Of a DNA stretch of 64,000 bases, positions 1 to 21,700 are shown piece by piece. Every line of letters begins with the position of its first letter. The first letter of the stretch is position 1. Made by a program: the position numbers and the translations under genes. The DNA lies in assembly GCA_951406725.2 (NCBI GenBank), contig OX597838.1, positions 4,836,001 through 4,900,000 of the forward strand. The letters run 5' to 3'. Source of the stretch: Octopus vulgaris. Taxonomy: Eukaryota. Below the pieces are notes generated by a model. The model was not told the origin of the DNA. It made no database searches and saw only the letters and a program-made list of their open reading frames with translations.

Positions 1-137
1 GGTTAAAAATAAATACTTATGTTTATCGGTCCTTCAGTTTTTCTAAGCCTTGCAACAGAACTTAGAAAGGTGGGCCTCTAATCAGACCTTTCGCGATACA
101 TTTAAAGCCAGAAACCCTTCAGTACCTTCACGTAGTG

Positions 138-193
<56 letters not shown>

Positions 194-254
194 TATTATT
201 ATTATTATTATTATAACAGCTATCATTACTTATTTATTAAAGTGACGAAATGAC

Positions 255-455
255 CGAGTCGTTAGCGTTGCGGGATAAACTACTTAGCGTCTTTTCATCC
301 GGCACTACGTTGTGGGTTCAAGTTCTACCGACATCAACTCTACCTTTCATATTTTCGGGGTCTATAGAATAAGTACCAGTAGTGAACTGGTGTCGATGTA
401 ACCGACCTAAACCCACCTCCGAAATTGCTGGTCTTGTGATAAAATTTGAAACCAT
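255..455 (+). mobile_element. SINE family A (tRNA-derived, Meta-domain-like), degraded copy
   Basis: Diverged match to intact copies at 9251 and 36802 (GTTCAAG...CCTTTCAT...TTCGGGGTC...AAGTACCAG). Confidence 0.7.
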
Positions 456-575
456 TAATATTTAAATTAATTTTTTGTATTATATGTTTTTTTTTTGTCT
501 AATTATATGAAATGTATTTTCTCTATACTTCTTCGCAATAAGGAAAGAACCATTCTATATAACGACGAAAGCAAA

Positions 576-6594
<6,019 letters not shown>

Positions 6595-6622
6595 TATCTC
6601 TCTCTTTCTCTCTCACTGTGTC

Positions 6623-6657
<35 letters not shown>

Positions 6658-6703
6658 ATATGTATATATGTATGTATATACATATATATATATGTATATT
6701 ATG

Positions 6704-6734
<31 letters not shown>

Positions 6735-6787
6735 ATATATATATGTATATATATATGTATATATATATGTATATAGACATATATGTA

Positions 6788-6842
<55 letters not shown>

Positions 6843-7402
6843 ATATATATATATATATATGTTAATGTATTTTATATTTATAAACATGTTTATATTTACA
6901 CAAAATTGGAAGTATAAAGAAATTGAAAATGCACTCGGTGTCCTTGAAGTAGTTTATTTATATTGCCTAAAACTGGCGAAATAGCACCTGGTCATTACGT
7001 CTCTTAAATTTCCTTTCTTCACACGCATACACTCTCAAACACACGCGCGCGCACGCACGCACGCACGCACGCACACGCGCACATATATTTATGAATCTGT
7101 GTATAGCAGGGATAGCTTTGTTTTTTGATACATTATTTGCTCCAACATATATGGTCTTGCGAAGATGTTTTTACCAGATTTGAAGGCGGGCAACTGTCTT
7201 CTAATATAGCATCGGGCCGACCAAACCCTTGCGTGTGGATTTGGATGATGGAAAGCACGTCGTATATATATATATACTTGAAAAAGAATGCGTGTTGTTC
7301 GATCATATAATAATATAAATAATATATAAATATATATATACATACTTACATATATGTACATACCTATATATATAAATATATATATATATATAGCAAAAAC
7401 TA

Positions 7403-7454
7403 GCAAAAACTGTCCGATGAACGGCAACGGGAAACTCAGAGTAACAGGTTTTGT
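7403..7454 (+). ncRNA. Type I hammerhead ribozyme-like motif (Penelope-like repeat remnant; variant core)
   Basis: Stem I GCAAAA-A-CTGT/ACAG-G-TTTTGT; core CCGATGA (7414-7420); stem II ACG-GCAA-CGG; GAAA (7431-7434); stem III ACT-CAG-AGT; GUA triplet 7441-7443. Deviations: U4C and an A.G mismatch at the base of stem II. Confidence 0.6.
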
Positions 7455-7720
7455 TGAATTTTCTGCTGCTTTAAATAAAGTATATATATATATATATGTA
7501 TATATACATGCATGTATGGGTACAGAACATTAAAAAAAAAACGTTGGACACAATGAGATACGAAAATGTAAATACAAAAACATAGAAACGAAAATTTTTA
7601 TGGACAACGAAAATAACAACAACAGAGAAACGAGACATATAACAATGAATATTCCCCTTCTTCAATTGTCCCGGTTTCAACTACTCTACGTTCCGAAGGC
7701 AAGGGCAAGACGCGACTTCG

Positions 7721-7777
<57 letters not shown>

Positions 7778-8643
7778 CATACATATATATATAGAGAGAG
7801 ATTAGGTTTTGCGTGACAACTTGGTGTAGAACTCAATATACGTATGTTTCAGGACACAAGATAAACAATGGTTATGTTATGAAATTCATTACTTTACAGC
7901 TGTTTCTGTTATAAGCTGCAGAGGACTCTTATTTGAGCGCTTGAATATCGTCGTCAATCTTCATCGGGATCTCTAATATGAAGTGCAATTTATTTAGTGA
8001 AAACAATTATATTTTTGCAATATAGAAGGATGGCATTACCAGTGAGAATACCTTTGCTGATAGCAATATATATATTCAGGGGTACGCTGGCTTTTCTTAT
8101 GCGCTATTTTCTCTACTAATCCCCAAAATACCTTAAATGTATTTCATAAGTGATATCCCATCATTCTGCTAATTGAATACTCGGTTTTTGCATTAGATCG
8201 GGTTTTAATAGCATGGTTAGAATAGGTTTCTTCACACTCTCTCACTCTCTCTTGCTCCCTCTCTTTAAGTCCCTCTTGTATGTCCATCTATCTCTCTGTC
8301 TCTCCCTCTCTATCTCTCTCTTCTCTCCAAGCCCTTCATTACTAATCTAATTGCAAATGCTTAAGTGTATGATATCCAAAGCGTTTTCGCATGCCATCAC
8401 TGAAAACTGAGCCTTAGAATCCTTTTGTAGTCCAATCCTAATTACAAAATCCTGTTATCTTTCCCATGCTCCTCACCCTGCCTAATTCCACGTTATTATT
8501 AATGTCCTATTATTAGCACCATCATTTAGCATCACAGAAAACTGTCTTCGATATCGTTCCTCTTTTAATCCGAAACAGCTCAATACTCTTCGCTTTCTCT
8601 GCGCCCCTGCCTTGCCTTATTTTAGCAGCTTAAATATATTACT

Positions 8644-8739
<96 letters not shown>

Positions 8740-8767
8740 GTTGTTGTTATAATTAGCATTATTTCCT

Positions 8768-9050
8768 AAGGCATTGAGCTGACAGAATCGTTAACACGCC
8801 GGGCAAAATGCATAACGGTGTTTCGTCCGTATTTACGTTCCGAGTTCAAATTCCGTCGAGATTTTGGCTCTACCTTTCATCCCTTTCAATATCGCATAGG
8901 ACAAAGCGCGTAGCGGCATTTCTGCCAGCTCTTTAGGTTCTGAGTTAACGATCTTCATCATTTCGAGTCGATAAAATAAGTCCCAGTCGAGTACTGGGGT
9001 CGATGTAATCGGCATCTCCATCACTCTAATTTGCTGGCCTTCCGAAATAT
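8768..9050 (+). mobile_element. SINE family A, composite of two partial copies
   Basis: Family head at 8768, second internal segment from ~8905; follows (ATT)n. Confidence 0.7.
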
Positions 9051-9250
9051 TTAGAAAGTATTTACGATTCATTTATAATTGATTTATCAATTAGCTGTAT
9101 CATTACTGTTCTTCCGAATGCACAACTAACAGAATATCAGCAAATGTTATGATATCTTAAAGATTATCGTCCTTAAAACAAATGGTTTTACAATCAGTTT
9201 CATTTGCTGGTGTTCTGCTGAGTAAAGAGATACAGGTCTGTAAAGATACA

Positions 9251-9484
9251 TATTTCTTTACTACCCACAAGGGGCTAAACACAGAAGGGACATACAAGGA
9301 CAGACACACGGATTAAGTCGATTATATCGACCCCAGTGCGTAACTGGTACTTATTTAATCGACCCGAAAGGATGAAAGGCAAAGTCGACCTCGGCGGAAT
9401 TTGAACTCAGAACGTAGCGGCAGACGGCATACCGCTAAGCATTTCGCCCGGCGCGCTAACGTTTCTGCCAGCTCGCCGCCTTAA
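9251..9484 (-). mobile_element. SINE family A, intact young copy with 17-bp TSD
   Basis: Flanked by AGGTCTGTAAAGATACA at 9234-9250 and 9485-9501; B-box-like GAGTTCAAATTCC; central GTCGACTTTGCCTTTCATCCTT..GGGTCGAT..AAGTACCAG. Confidence 0.92.
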
Positions 9485-10239
9485 AGGTCTGTAAAGATAC
9501 AGTCTGTCTTGAAAAGCATCCGATCATTTGGCTGCAGATTATTCCAGTTTCCGAGCGATTTAAATGGCTGAGAGGACATAAATGTCCCCTCTATGCTAAA
9601 AGAAGTTGTCTTAGTTTTAGTTTCCTGCGGCCTTCAGCAGCAACGTGCAATGCTGTGCCTTGCACAAGGACACAATGAACCGTCCGGTTTTGGAGTGAAA
9701 TACCTGGCCTAACGATTGTATGCACACCACCGTGACCATTGTGTCACATACTCTCACCCTATCATTATGTAGCAACAAAATGCTGGCGTTACGTCCCTCT
9801 GGGGTGAAAACTTATTTTCGAAATATATATTAGCGCTTTCCTCTTAACGAGAAACACAGGAACAACGGCCATCATTCTGGTCAAAAGAATGCTGGAAACA
9901 GCAATCAAATTGCAACCTGTTCGAGGGGTTTTAAAGAAGTGGGACGGAGACTTACTGTCGCTTACTCTTTTCGGGATCCCCTAGCCGAGTACTTGAAAAC
10001 TAAACCACTTCGGCAAGTATCTCGACTCACCATCTCCCACCTTCAGTTTATTAATAACATCCAAAACTGTGCCATTCTTCGAGTTGTCGATATGTGAGAA
10101 ACGACATCTCCCACAAGCCTTGTGTCGAAACTTGGAACCAATAGAAGAGGCAGGAGGGTTTGCAGGCTGCATTTTGGTTTAGGGGTTGGTCAGAAGTTGT
10201 TATATGGAGGTTCATTTCTTTGGTCCTGTGCGGTTACTT

Positions 10240-10860
10240 CTTTTATTCTTTCACTTGTTTCAGTCATTTGACTGTGACCATGCTGGAGCACCGCCTTTAG
10301 TCGAAAAAAAAAAAACCGATCCCAGGACTTATTCTTTGTAAGCTTAGTACTTATTCTATCGTCCACTAAGTTACGGGTGACGTAAACATACCAGCATCGG
10401 TTCAGAAGCGATGGTAGACAGTTTTGATTTCTGGAAACCGGAATGAAGCCTGTTGCTTTTTTTATCGTTTGTCTTTTACTTGTTGCAGTCATTAGACTGC
10501 GGCCATGCTGGGGCAAAGCTTGGAAGAATTTTTATTCGAATGAAATGACCACAGTTCTTGTATTGGTTAAACTTGTTACTTATTCTATCGTTGTCTTTTA
10601 GCGAACCGTTAAGTTACGAGGATGATACTGGTTTCAAGCAGTGGTGATGGAGACAAAGTCACACACACACACACACACACATACACACACACACACACAT
10701 ATATATATGTATATATATACACGACGGGCTTCTTTCAGTTTCCGCCTACCAAATCCACTCACAAGGATTTGGTCGGCCCGAGGCTATAATAGGTGCCACG
10801 CTGTGGAACTGAAACCAGAACCATGTGGTTGGTAAACAGCTTTTTTACCGCACAGCCACA
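10240..10860 (-). mobile_element. SINE family B, two nested or adjacent copies
   Basis: Two 3' tails (10240, 10475) and one head ending ~10860. Confidence 0.78.
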
Positions 10861-11334
10861 TAATCAGGGAGAGGTTAAACCAAACACGACAACCTACTTC
10901 CTTTCTAGGCTCGTTCTAAAAGACAAGATTCAAACCAGTCGAACCGCCGCGTTTTTCTTTTACTGAACGGCGATCTAAAACATTTGGAAACATTTTACCG
11001 CGAACAGATTTCGATAATGATTTCATAAAATTTATGGATCTCACAAAACTTTAAATAAATATGAACACGTAAATAATTTTACTTATAAAAGTACAATAGT
11101 TATTAAAATGACTTAACGGAGAATAATTAATGTAGAATCTATTGTTTTTGGAATATGATTAAAACCGAAATAATGAAGCTAACAGACGTTATTTATTAAT
11201 ATGAATTAAATAAGAATAATTAAGACTGCAGACAATGTTTATTAATCATGATACTCATTGATGATGTCTAGCAATAAAAGTCTGAAATATTTCGGTGTGA
11301 CTTTGATGAAAACAAGTTGTAAGTCTCCACGGAT

Positions 11335-11650
11335 TGGCTGTGTGCGGTGAGAAGTTTGCTTTCAAACTGCATGGGTCCGTGTTCGTATCCTACTGCGTGT
11401 CACCGTGGGCAAATGTCTTCAACTAAAACCTCGAGCCGACCAAAGCCTTGCGAGTGGATTTGGTAGATATATACACATACATACACACATACACACATAC
11501 ACACACGCATGCACTTATACATACATACATGCATACATACATACGAATGTGTTTTTTTTCTTTCAGAACCGCTTGACCATCGGTCTTCGTGTGATTTTCT
11601 GCCCTTAACGTAGTGGTTCGGCAAAAGAAACCGATGAAATAATTACTGGG
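11335..11650 (+). mobile_element. SINE family B, degraded
   Basis: TGGCTGTGTG...TGGGCAAATGTCTTC...GTGGATTTGGTAGA...GGTTCGGCAAAAGA. Confidence 0.72.
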
Positions 11651-12629
11651 GTATGTTACTTTTTTTTTTGGCGGGGGGTAGGTGAAACTTTGAAGTCCCT
11701 CTCAATATTATCCTAATTAAAGAATACTATCTCTCTATCTCGCTGTTTATGCATTATATTCTTCAGTTGCTGTTCTGTAGGATGGATCCGGAATCCATGT
11801 GATTCTGAAAGTTACATCTTTAACCACACGGCCATTGTGAAAAAACTGTATTCCATGACTGCTTCTATTAAACTTAGTTCGAAGAATTTAACCTATTTCC
11901 AGTTCGTTTTTATTGTTTAAACAATGTCTTATCTTGCTTTCTAACATAGCAGCAACGGAGTGTTAAACAAACGCCAGCGGCTGATGAAATATTGAGGTTA
12001 TATCTGAAGTAGAATGACGGGAAAATAAAATGATTTTACGGACGATAACGGAATAATGCGAAATATCATGAGCAATAACGAAGTTTCTTTGGCATGGCCC
12101 CATATCGTGTCATTCATTAACTAACATAATTTTCAAGATATTCTACGGATATACAATATAAATGCTGCCATGATAATTCTTCTTGTTATACATCCTCTCA
12201 TTTGGGGCTGTATAGAGAAGAACATCTAACATCTCTCCCTTGAATATGGAATAGTATTTGATACGGCTAAGTAATTATTTGGACAGCTCAGCCATTGCAA
12301 ATACGAGTCCATTTAACAGCGTTGACACGTAGGAGTCAGGCTGGGCGCCATGTTGCCTCTTTGCCAGTTGCTTTTGAAGGCAAGCGTAAGAAGTGTTTAT
12401 ATTTGTCTGGTCATGTGTGAAAGTTTGTTAGCGGGTGTAAATTCAAATTTTGACCGGTTGTGCCAAACAGTACGGCACTTTGAAGGAAATTTAATCTGTA
12501 AAAACTGATAAAAGATGGCGGTTTTACTGTTAATCAAATACAAGATGTACTCCAGCTTGCCTATGTATACATGTGGTTACTTACATAAATATATGAGGCA
12601 TGCACGTATTAATGTACATAGATACATAC

Positions 12630-12637
12630 ATACATAC

Positions 12638-12704
<67 letters not shown>

Positions 12705-12922
12705 ATATTTATTTCCTTATTATATACAGGCATATGTAAATGCACGTGTATATACGTAGCCATCCATCCATGCTTAGACGCACACAAAGTGAAAGGTTAT
12801 AGAGGTGGGAAGAAAAATTGACGTATATAAATTTATATAACGATATGCAATTTTATCTTTGTCTGCTTATGAATATACATGTACACACTTTCACATATCC
12901 ACGTATATAAATGCATACATGC

Positions 12923-12994
<72 letters not shown>

Positions 12995-13105
12995 GTATCT
13001 ATATATATATATAAATATATATATACATATATATATATATACACACACATATATGTATATATATATATGTACGATAATACATGCACGCGTTTATGTATAT
13101 GTAGG

Positions 13106-13137
<32 letters not shown>

Positions 13138-13237
13138 CACGCTAGATATGCATATATATATGTATATATATGCATATGTATACATATATATGCATACATA
13201 TATATATATACATATATATATACGCATACATATATTC

Positions 13238-13294
<57 letters not shown>

Positions 13295-13350
13295 AATATA
13301 TATATACATAAATGTATATTCATGATTGTATATATATATATACATATATA
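12630..13350. repeat. Imperfect (AT)n/(ATAC)n microsatellite field (representative of dozens across the window)
   Basis: Directly visible; source of the YIYIYI pseudo-ORFs. Confidence 0.95.
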
Positions 13351-13599
13351 CCGAGAATGCGATGTGCTGTACGCAGTGTAGATGCTGTTGGGGGCAATAT
13401 CTTCCACAGACTCATAAAAACCTGTTGATTAATTCACTAAAATTGGTTTCGTATTCCATATAATTGAATAATCGTTGGAAGCTTTCTTGGAGCGAGTTCC
13501 TCTCTGTCTGACACTCCCGTTGCATGATGGGATACTTAGTGGTGCGTTTTACAACCGATGTTCGCTCAAGGATGATGCACTTAACATCTTGCCGACCAT

Positions 13600-16110
<2,511 letters not shown>

Positions 16111-16713
16111 ATTAAATAACAACCATAATAATCTTTATTTGTCTCTTTGAGCTGCAATCTTGGGTCAAAAGTTCACCGAAATTGGGCGTCTGGCATCTGC
16201 AAGTTTGTCTGTCAGACTCGAACCGACCAACACCATTCTGGCAATACAGCCGCTGGAATTTTACAATCCGCACAGCTTCCAACTCCACGACCTTTTCCTC
16301 TAACCCAGTTATAGAAAAATCATAAATACCACTTTAAGAACCACCCGCAAATGATAGCAATCTGTATGTCAGGCTGTCAGGGAACCAGGGAAGGAACCAG
16401 AAAAACACCTCCAGTATTGGCAACATCCGCAATGGTGTACCATGAGGATCCTTCCTCACTCCTGCTTTTTTTTTTGGATCTAAATTTACTTGACTTTCCC
16501 ATGTTTTCACAAAACATGCAACCTTCATGTCTGAGGATTCCTACTCCTTAACTGAAATTGCAGGAGTAGGAATCCCCACCCTATTAGGACTTACTCACAA
16601 AGCCACACAAATACATATATATGTATATATATATATATGATGCTTATTATGTTTACAGATAAACAAATATATACATGTCTGTCTTACTTTTTGTCTCACA
16701 TTTCTCTCTCTCT

Positions 16714-16756
<43 letters not shown>

Positions 16757-16844
16757 AATATATATATATACAAATATATATATACATATATATATACTTA
16801 TATATATGTATATATATATAGGTGCGTGTGTGTAAATATATATG

Positions 16845-16899
<55 letters not shown>

Positions 16900-17011
16900 G
16901 TACACGTAAATGTAAGTCTATCCATTTTTATATCTGTCTTCTATTTTTTCTTTTTCTCCTTCTCTCTACCTTTCTGCCTGTTCGGCTATCTGTACTGCTA
17001 TATATATATAA

Positions 17012-17257
17012 ATGCGCCCTTTTTAAAGCCTAGCGAGGCTCATGGGCCCGGTTTCCCGGTTTCAATGGCGTATGTGTTCCCCAGCTGGATGGGATTCCAG
17101 TCCATCGCAGCGTTACTTATTTTTGCCAGCTGAGTGGACTGGAGCAACGTGTTATGAAGTGTTTTGCACAAGAACACAACGCGTCGCCCGGTCCAGGAAT
17201 TGAAACCATAATCTTACGATCACGATGCTGACAACCTAACCATTAAGCCACACTCCT

Positions 17258-17260
<3 letters not shown>
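17012..17260 (-). mobile_element. SINE family D (tRNA head, CORE-like box, Deu/Nin-like segment)
   Basis: Minus strand: GTGGCTTAATGGTTAGG...GGTTTCAATTCC...GTTGTGTTCTTGTGCAAAACACTT...GCGATGGACTGGAATCCCATCCAG...GAAACCGGG. Confidence 0.75.
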
Positions 17261-17341
<81 letters not shown>

Positions 17342-17895
17342 TCTTTTACGACTTTAATCCGTATACACTTAGAATGTAAGGAATGCACTCTTCGGCAATG
17401 TTCCCATAGTTAACAAGTCTCTTTTATAATCATTCTTTACCGAAGACATCAATGGACATAGACACGTAAGCACACCGACACACAGAGACACGTAGGCACA
17501 CAGATACACAGACACACGCACGCACGCACGCACGCACGCACGCACATACACACGCACCCCCACACACACACGCACCCACGCACACACGCACACACACAAA
17601 CATACACATATATGTGAATGTATATATAAATATATATATACATATATAAAAACATATACATATATATATGTGTGTATGTGTATATATATATATAATATAT
17701 AATATATAATATATATATATATATGTATATATATATAAACATACGTATACATATGTATGCACGCACGCACACATATATATCTATTGATGTATATCTATCT
17801 ATCTAACTATCTCTCTCTCTCTATATATATATACGTATATATTCATATATTTGTATACATACGTACATACATACATACATACATACATACATACA

Positions 17896-17931
<36 letters not shown>

Positions 17932-18836
17932 TGTATATATATATACATAGACACACAAACACACACACATTTATCCTGAAAAGCCCAGAGATTCGCACCA
18001 GGTCATATACACGCATACTGCAATACTGCATACACACAGGCCTATCCACATATATACGCACTACCGGAGTACGGACGCACTACCTCCATAACCGAACCGC
18101 ACGTACGTACACTCTTTAAACAGACGTATATAAATACTACAATGCTTTCGAACAATTCGCCTAATTAACTCTCCATCGATCACAACATTTCCAAACACAT
18201 CGTTCCATGGTATCCTTCTTATTTCATTAGCTCGCCTGTCTTAATAGTATTCGAGGTCATACGACTGACCTGTCTTTCTCAGGATCGATTCCAGGTCAAG
18301 TTCGTTAAGATATGCTTCTTTGTTCCAAATTGCTTGAAATATCGCATCCAAGATACGCCACGGTGTTGTTTGCTTGTTTACTTCTCTTCCTTCCTTTCTT
18401 TCTTTCTTTCTCTTCGTCCCCCCCCCCTCTGTCTTTCATTCATTCTCTTCTTCTCTCATAAATCTCTTTCCTTTGTTCCAGTTTATCATCTTTTGCTTTC
18501 TTTTCGAAATTCACATATTTCTGCCTGTACATACATACGTACATACATACATACGTACATACATACATACGTACATACAAACATACGTACATACATACAT
18601 ACATACATAGATACACTCACATACATACACGCCCATACATACATACATACATACATACGTACGTACGTACGTACCTGTCGTTCGTAACGTTCGTGCGTAC
18701 GTATGTATCTATGTATGTATTTATGTATGTACGCATGTATGTATGTATGTATGTATGTATGGCTAAAACCAATGTGAAGCGCATTGTGACCAGCGACCTA
18801 TAGGAACATCTGATACCCTGGTCGGTGACGGTGACG

Positions 18837-18874
<38 letters not shown>

Positions 18875-18878
<4 letters not shown>

Positions 18879-19076
18879 GGAGTAAACACATAAATGTGAA
18901 ACAAGGTGGAAAAAAGAGTACTCAAATACCAGTGGTAGAGTAATATACTTTATTTAAAGCAGCAGAAAATTCAACAAAGCCTATTACTCAGAGTATCCCG
19001 TTGCCGGATGAACGGCAACGGGAAACTCAGAGTAACAGGTTTTGTTGAATTTTCTGCTGCTTTAAATAAAGTATAT
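18875..19076. mobile_element. Penelope-like terminal-repeat remnant with inverted duplication (64-bp arms)
   Basis: 18943-19006 and 19013-19076 are inverted (4 mismatches); same family as 7403-7485; flanked by (AT)n. Confidence 0.7.
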
Positions 19077-19086
19077 ATACATATAT

Positions 19087-19135
<49 letters not shown>

Positions 19136-20489
19136 TCTGTGTGTCACTTACTGCAAATACATCGGAAAAGCCAAATTAACTGCGGTATACGTCTGAAGAC
19201 ACTAATTCTTCTGGACGTACTTTGTGAAATAACACAAATATATTAGTAGGAGCAGAAAATCATCCATCGGCGATGGTGCGACTGCTAGATGCTCATTTCT
19301 GCCTCCCTGTACTGCGTTATTAGCTCGTGCCTACAACCAACTGCATGCAAAGGCAAAAAGTGTTGTCACTGATAGAGGAAAACAGTGATTGAAAATTCAC
19401 TGATGTTGCAACTAGCTTTCCGGTTGAATAAAATTCAGTTATGTGCAACAAAAGCAGTACTTGATTAAAATAATGGTTTTGTGGCTCATATCGGTGTTCG
19501 TCTCGAGATATGTCTTATGTGCTTACTGTGTTCTTATGTTCTGTGTTCTCTGGCATAAAAGTCGATGCAGTGCATAATGTTGTGTAAACATTGAAACATA
19601 CATACATACCTTTCCAAATTTTACTACATTTCCCACGAACTCATTGGTCCTCCAAAGACGTGTAGCTCTATAAGTGAATCTACGTTTTCTTAGTGTAAAT
19701 ATGTTGCGTAAACATTCAAACATTTTCATTATATTTCCAAATTCTGCTGCAGTTCATATGAAATTTTTGCTCCTCCAAAGTAGTGTTGTAGTATATGTAG
19801 ACCTACTGTTTTTTTGGGGCTGTATATTTTGGTCTGAAAAATTCAACTTATTTGCCGGAAAATATGGTATATTCATATATATGTCTTGAATGTGAAATAG
19901 AATCTAAGTCTTGGTTTATTCAACTCGTAACCATTCATGTTCTCTCATGGTACCACGGAACCTCACATAATACAATATATCACCGTTGTTAATGTCGCCT
20001 GAAGCTATAACCTTTGTATGGCTTATTAAACCTGCACAATACGGTAATGAAACAAACGGAATTTATACAAAGACGCAGTTTCCTCTCCCATTACACCTCA
20101 TTACACGACAATATAACTTTAAAAATTCTACCCGGTTACTTGACCTACAAGAATTAGCAGATGAATTCCCCTTATATATATATATATATAACTTCTACTG
20201 AAAGAAAATGGAAGACTTAAGTTGTATCTGGTCTGTTCTTGTGATATCCTCATGAACCACAAGTTCAGTTCCCAGTCATAAGGGAAAATAAGGCATCTGA
20301 CCATTATCATTATTATTATTATTATTATCATAATTATTATCTGTGTTGCATATCCTAAAGCTGCGAATCAGAGAAGAAGGCTCTCTGAATACGAACTAGG
20401 ATATTCAGTATTGCTGTGTGTACACACCCATTTTATGGTTTGTTCGTGGAGATAGAAAGGAACATTATTGGTGAAGCATCAGTAAACAA

Positions 20490-20904
20490 CTGGCCCTCCA
20501 GGTTGGGAGTTTAGCATTAGGCTAAAACCTGGTTTAATAAAAAAAAACACGCCTGTTACAGAAACCACGACGGCACTCCCAAGCGATGTGGTCTAGGAAG
20601 AGTTCTCTACGGTAGATCGCATGACGCAAGCTGGTGTAAGCCTTCGAGAAGCCAGCGCGCCGACAACTCTTCTGACGACCAAGATTGAAACCAGGATAGG
20701 GACCAGGAACATCTGAACCCTATATGAACACCACAAGCTCCAGACATTAAGCGAAAAGTGGGTCGACCAAAACAGTCTTGGCGCTTGTGTGTCGACGCAG
20801 AGGTGAGAGGAATCGGAATGACGTGGGCGAAGCTGAAGAGGATTTCCCAGAACTGCGACCGTTGGGAAAATGTTGTTGCGACTCTGTGTTCCCCGAGGAA
20901 TTAA
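20490..20904 (+). mobile_element. RTE-clade LINE derivative: 5' UTR/ORF start fused to ORF end
   Basis: 20621 MTQAGVSLREASAPTTLLTTKIETRIGTRNI*TLYE (APE N-terminus, IGTWNVRTL-like), then 20749-20904 KRKVGRPKQSWRLCVDAEVRGIGMTWAKLKRISQNCDRWENVVATLCSPRN* (RTE C-terminus). Confidence 0.82.
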
Positions 20905-21433
20905 TGCCATGGTGTAATTGGTGAGTCGTCATACCTCGAATGAATCACGGCTGATATTGAGGCTGAAGAAGAACAACCAAAATCATGGCAGCAAACAGCA
21001 ATGAGAAGAATCACAAGGATAACCAGTATGAAAGAAAACCAACAAAAACAAGAACAATGAAATAGACTGCGTGTGGTACGGTTTGAGCTTAAGAAAGACG
21101 AAGCCAATTAACCTCGGAGTAGCATAGTAAAGATTCAAAAAGAATTAGAACTGTGAAACCATAGGATTAGCAGCAAAACTCCATAAACTAGAAATATAAA
21201 GCAAATTTTAATTGCTGCTCGTGGGAATTTATGATTAATTTCCTGTAGACTAATAGATCCTGGCGTAACCTGCCAATATTGTACGATGTACAGGAAAATA
21301 GAATATAAAAGAAAAAAAAAACACTACGGTAACAATGGAAGAAAGGGAAACAAAAAAAAACACGTCAACTCATAAAAGAATAATAAAGGCACGAAAATGA
21401 GCAGCAACAATATAGAAAGACATACATACATAT

Positions 21434-21524
<91 letters not shown>

Positions 21525-21541
21525 ATGTATATATATATATC

Positions 21542-21572
<31 letters not shown>

Positions 21573-21593
21573 GTATATATATATATGTGTATG

Positions 21594-21628
<35 letters not shown>

Positions 21629-21666
21629 ATATATCTATGCATGTATATTCACCTGTGTGCATGTAC

Positions 21667-21700
<34 letters not shown>

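Noticed and set aside
16150-16335. Two + strand frames open for ~50 codons after a possible acceptor
   Set aside because: No recognisable domain, no partner exon, and both end in stops.
18264-18390. Minus-strand protein-like stretch (PWRILDAIFQAIWNKEAYLNELDLESILRKT) ending at CAG|GTCAGT
   Set aside because: No acceptor or start codon in frame and no family recognised; insufficient to call an exon.
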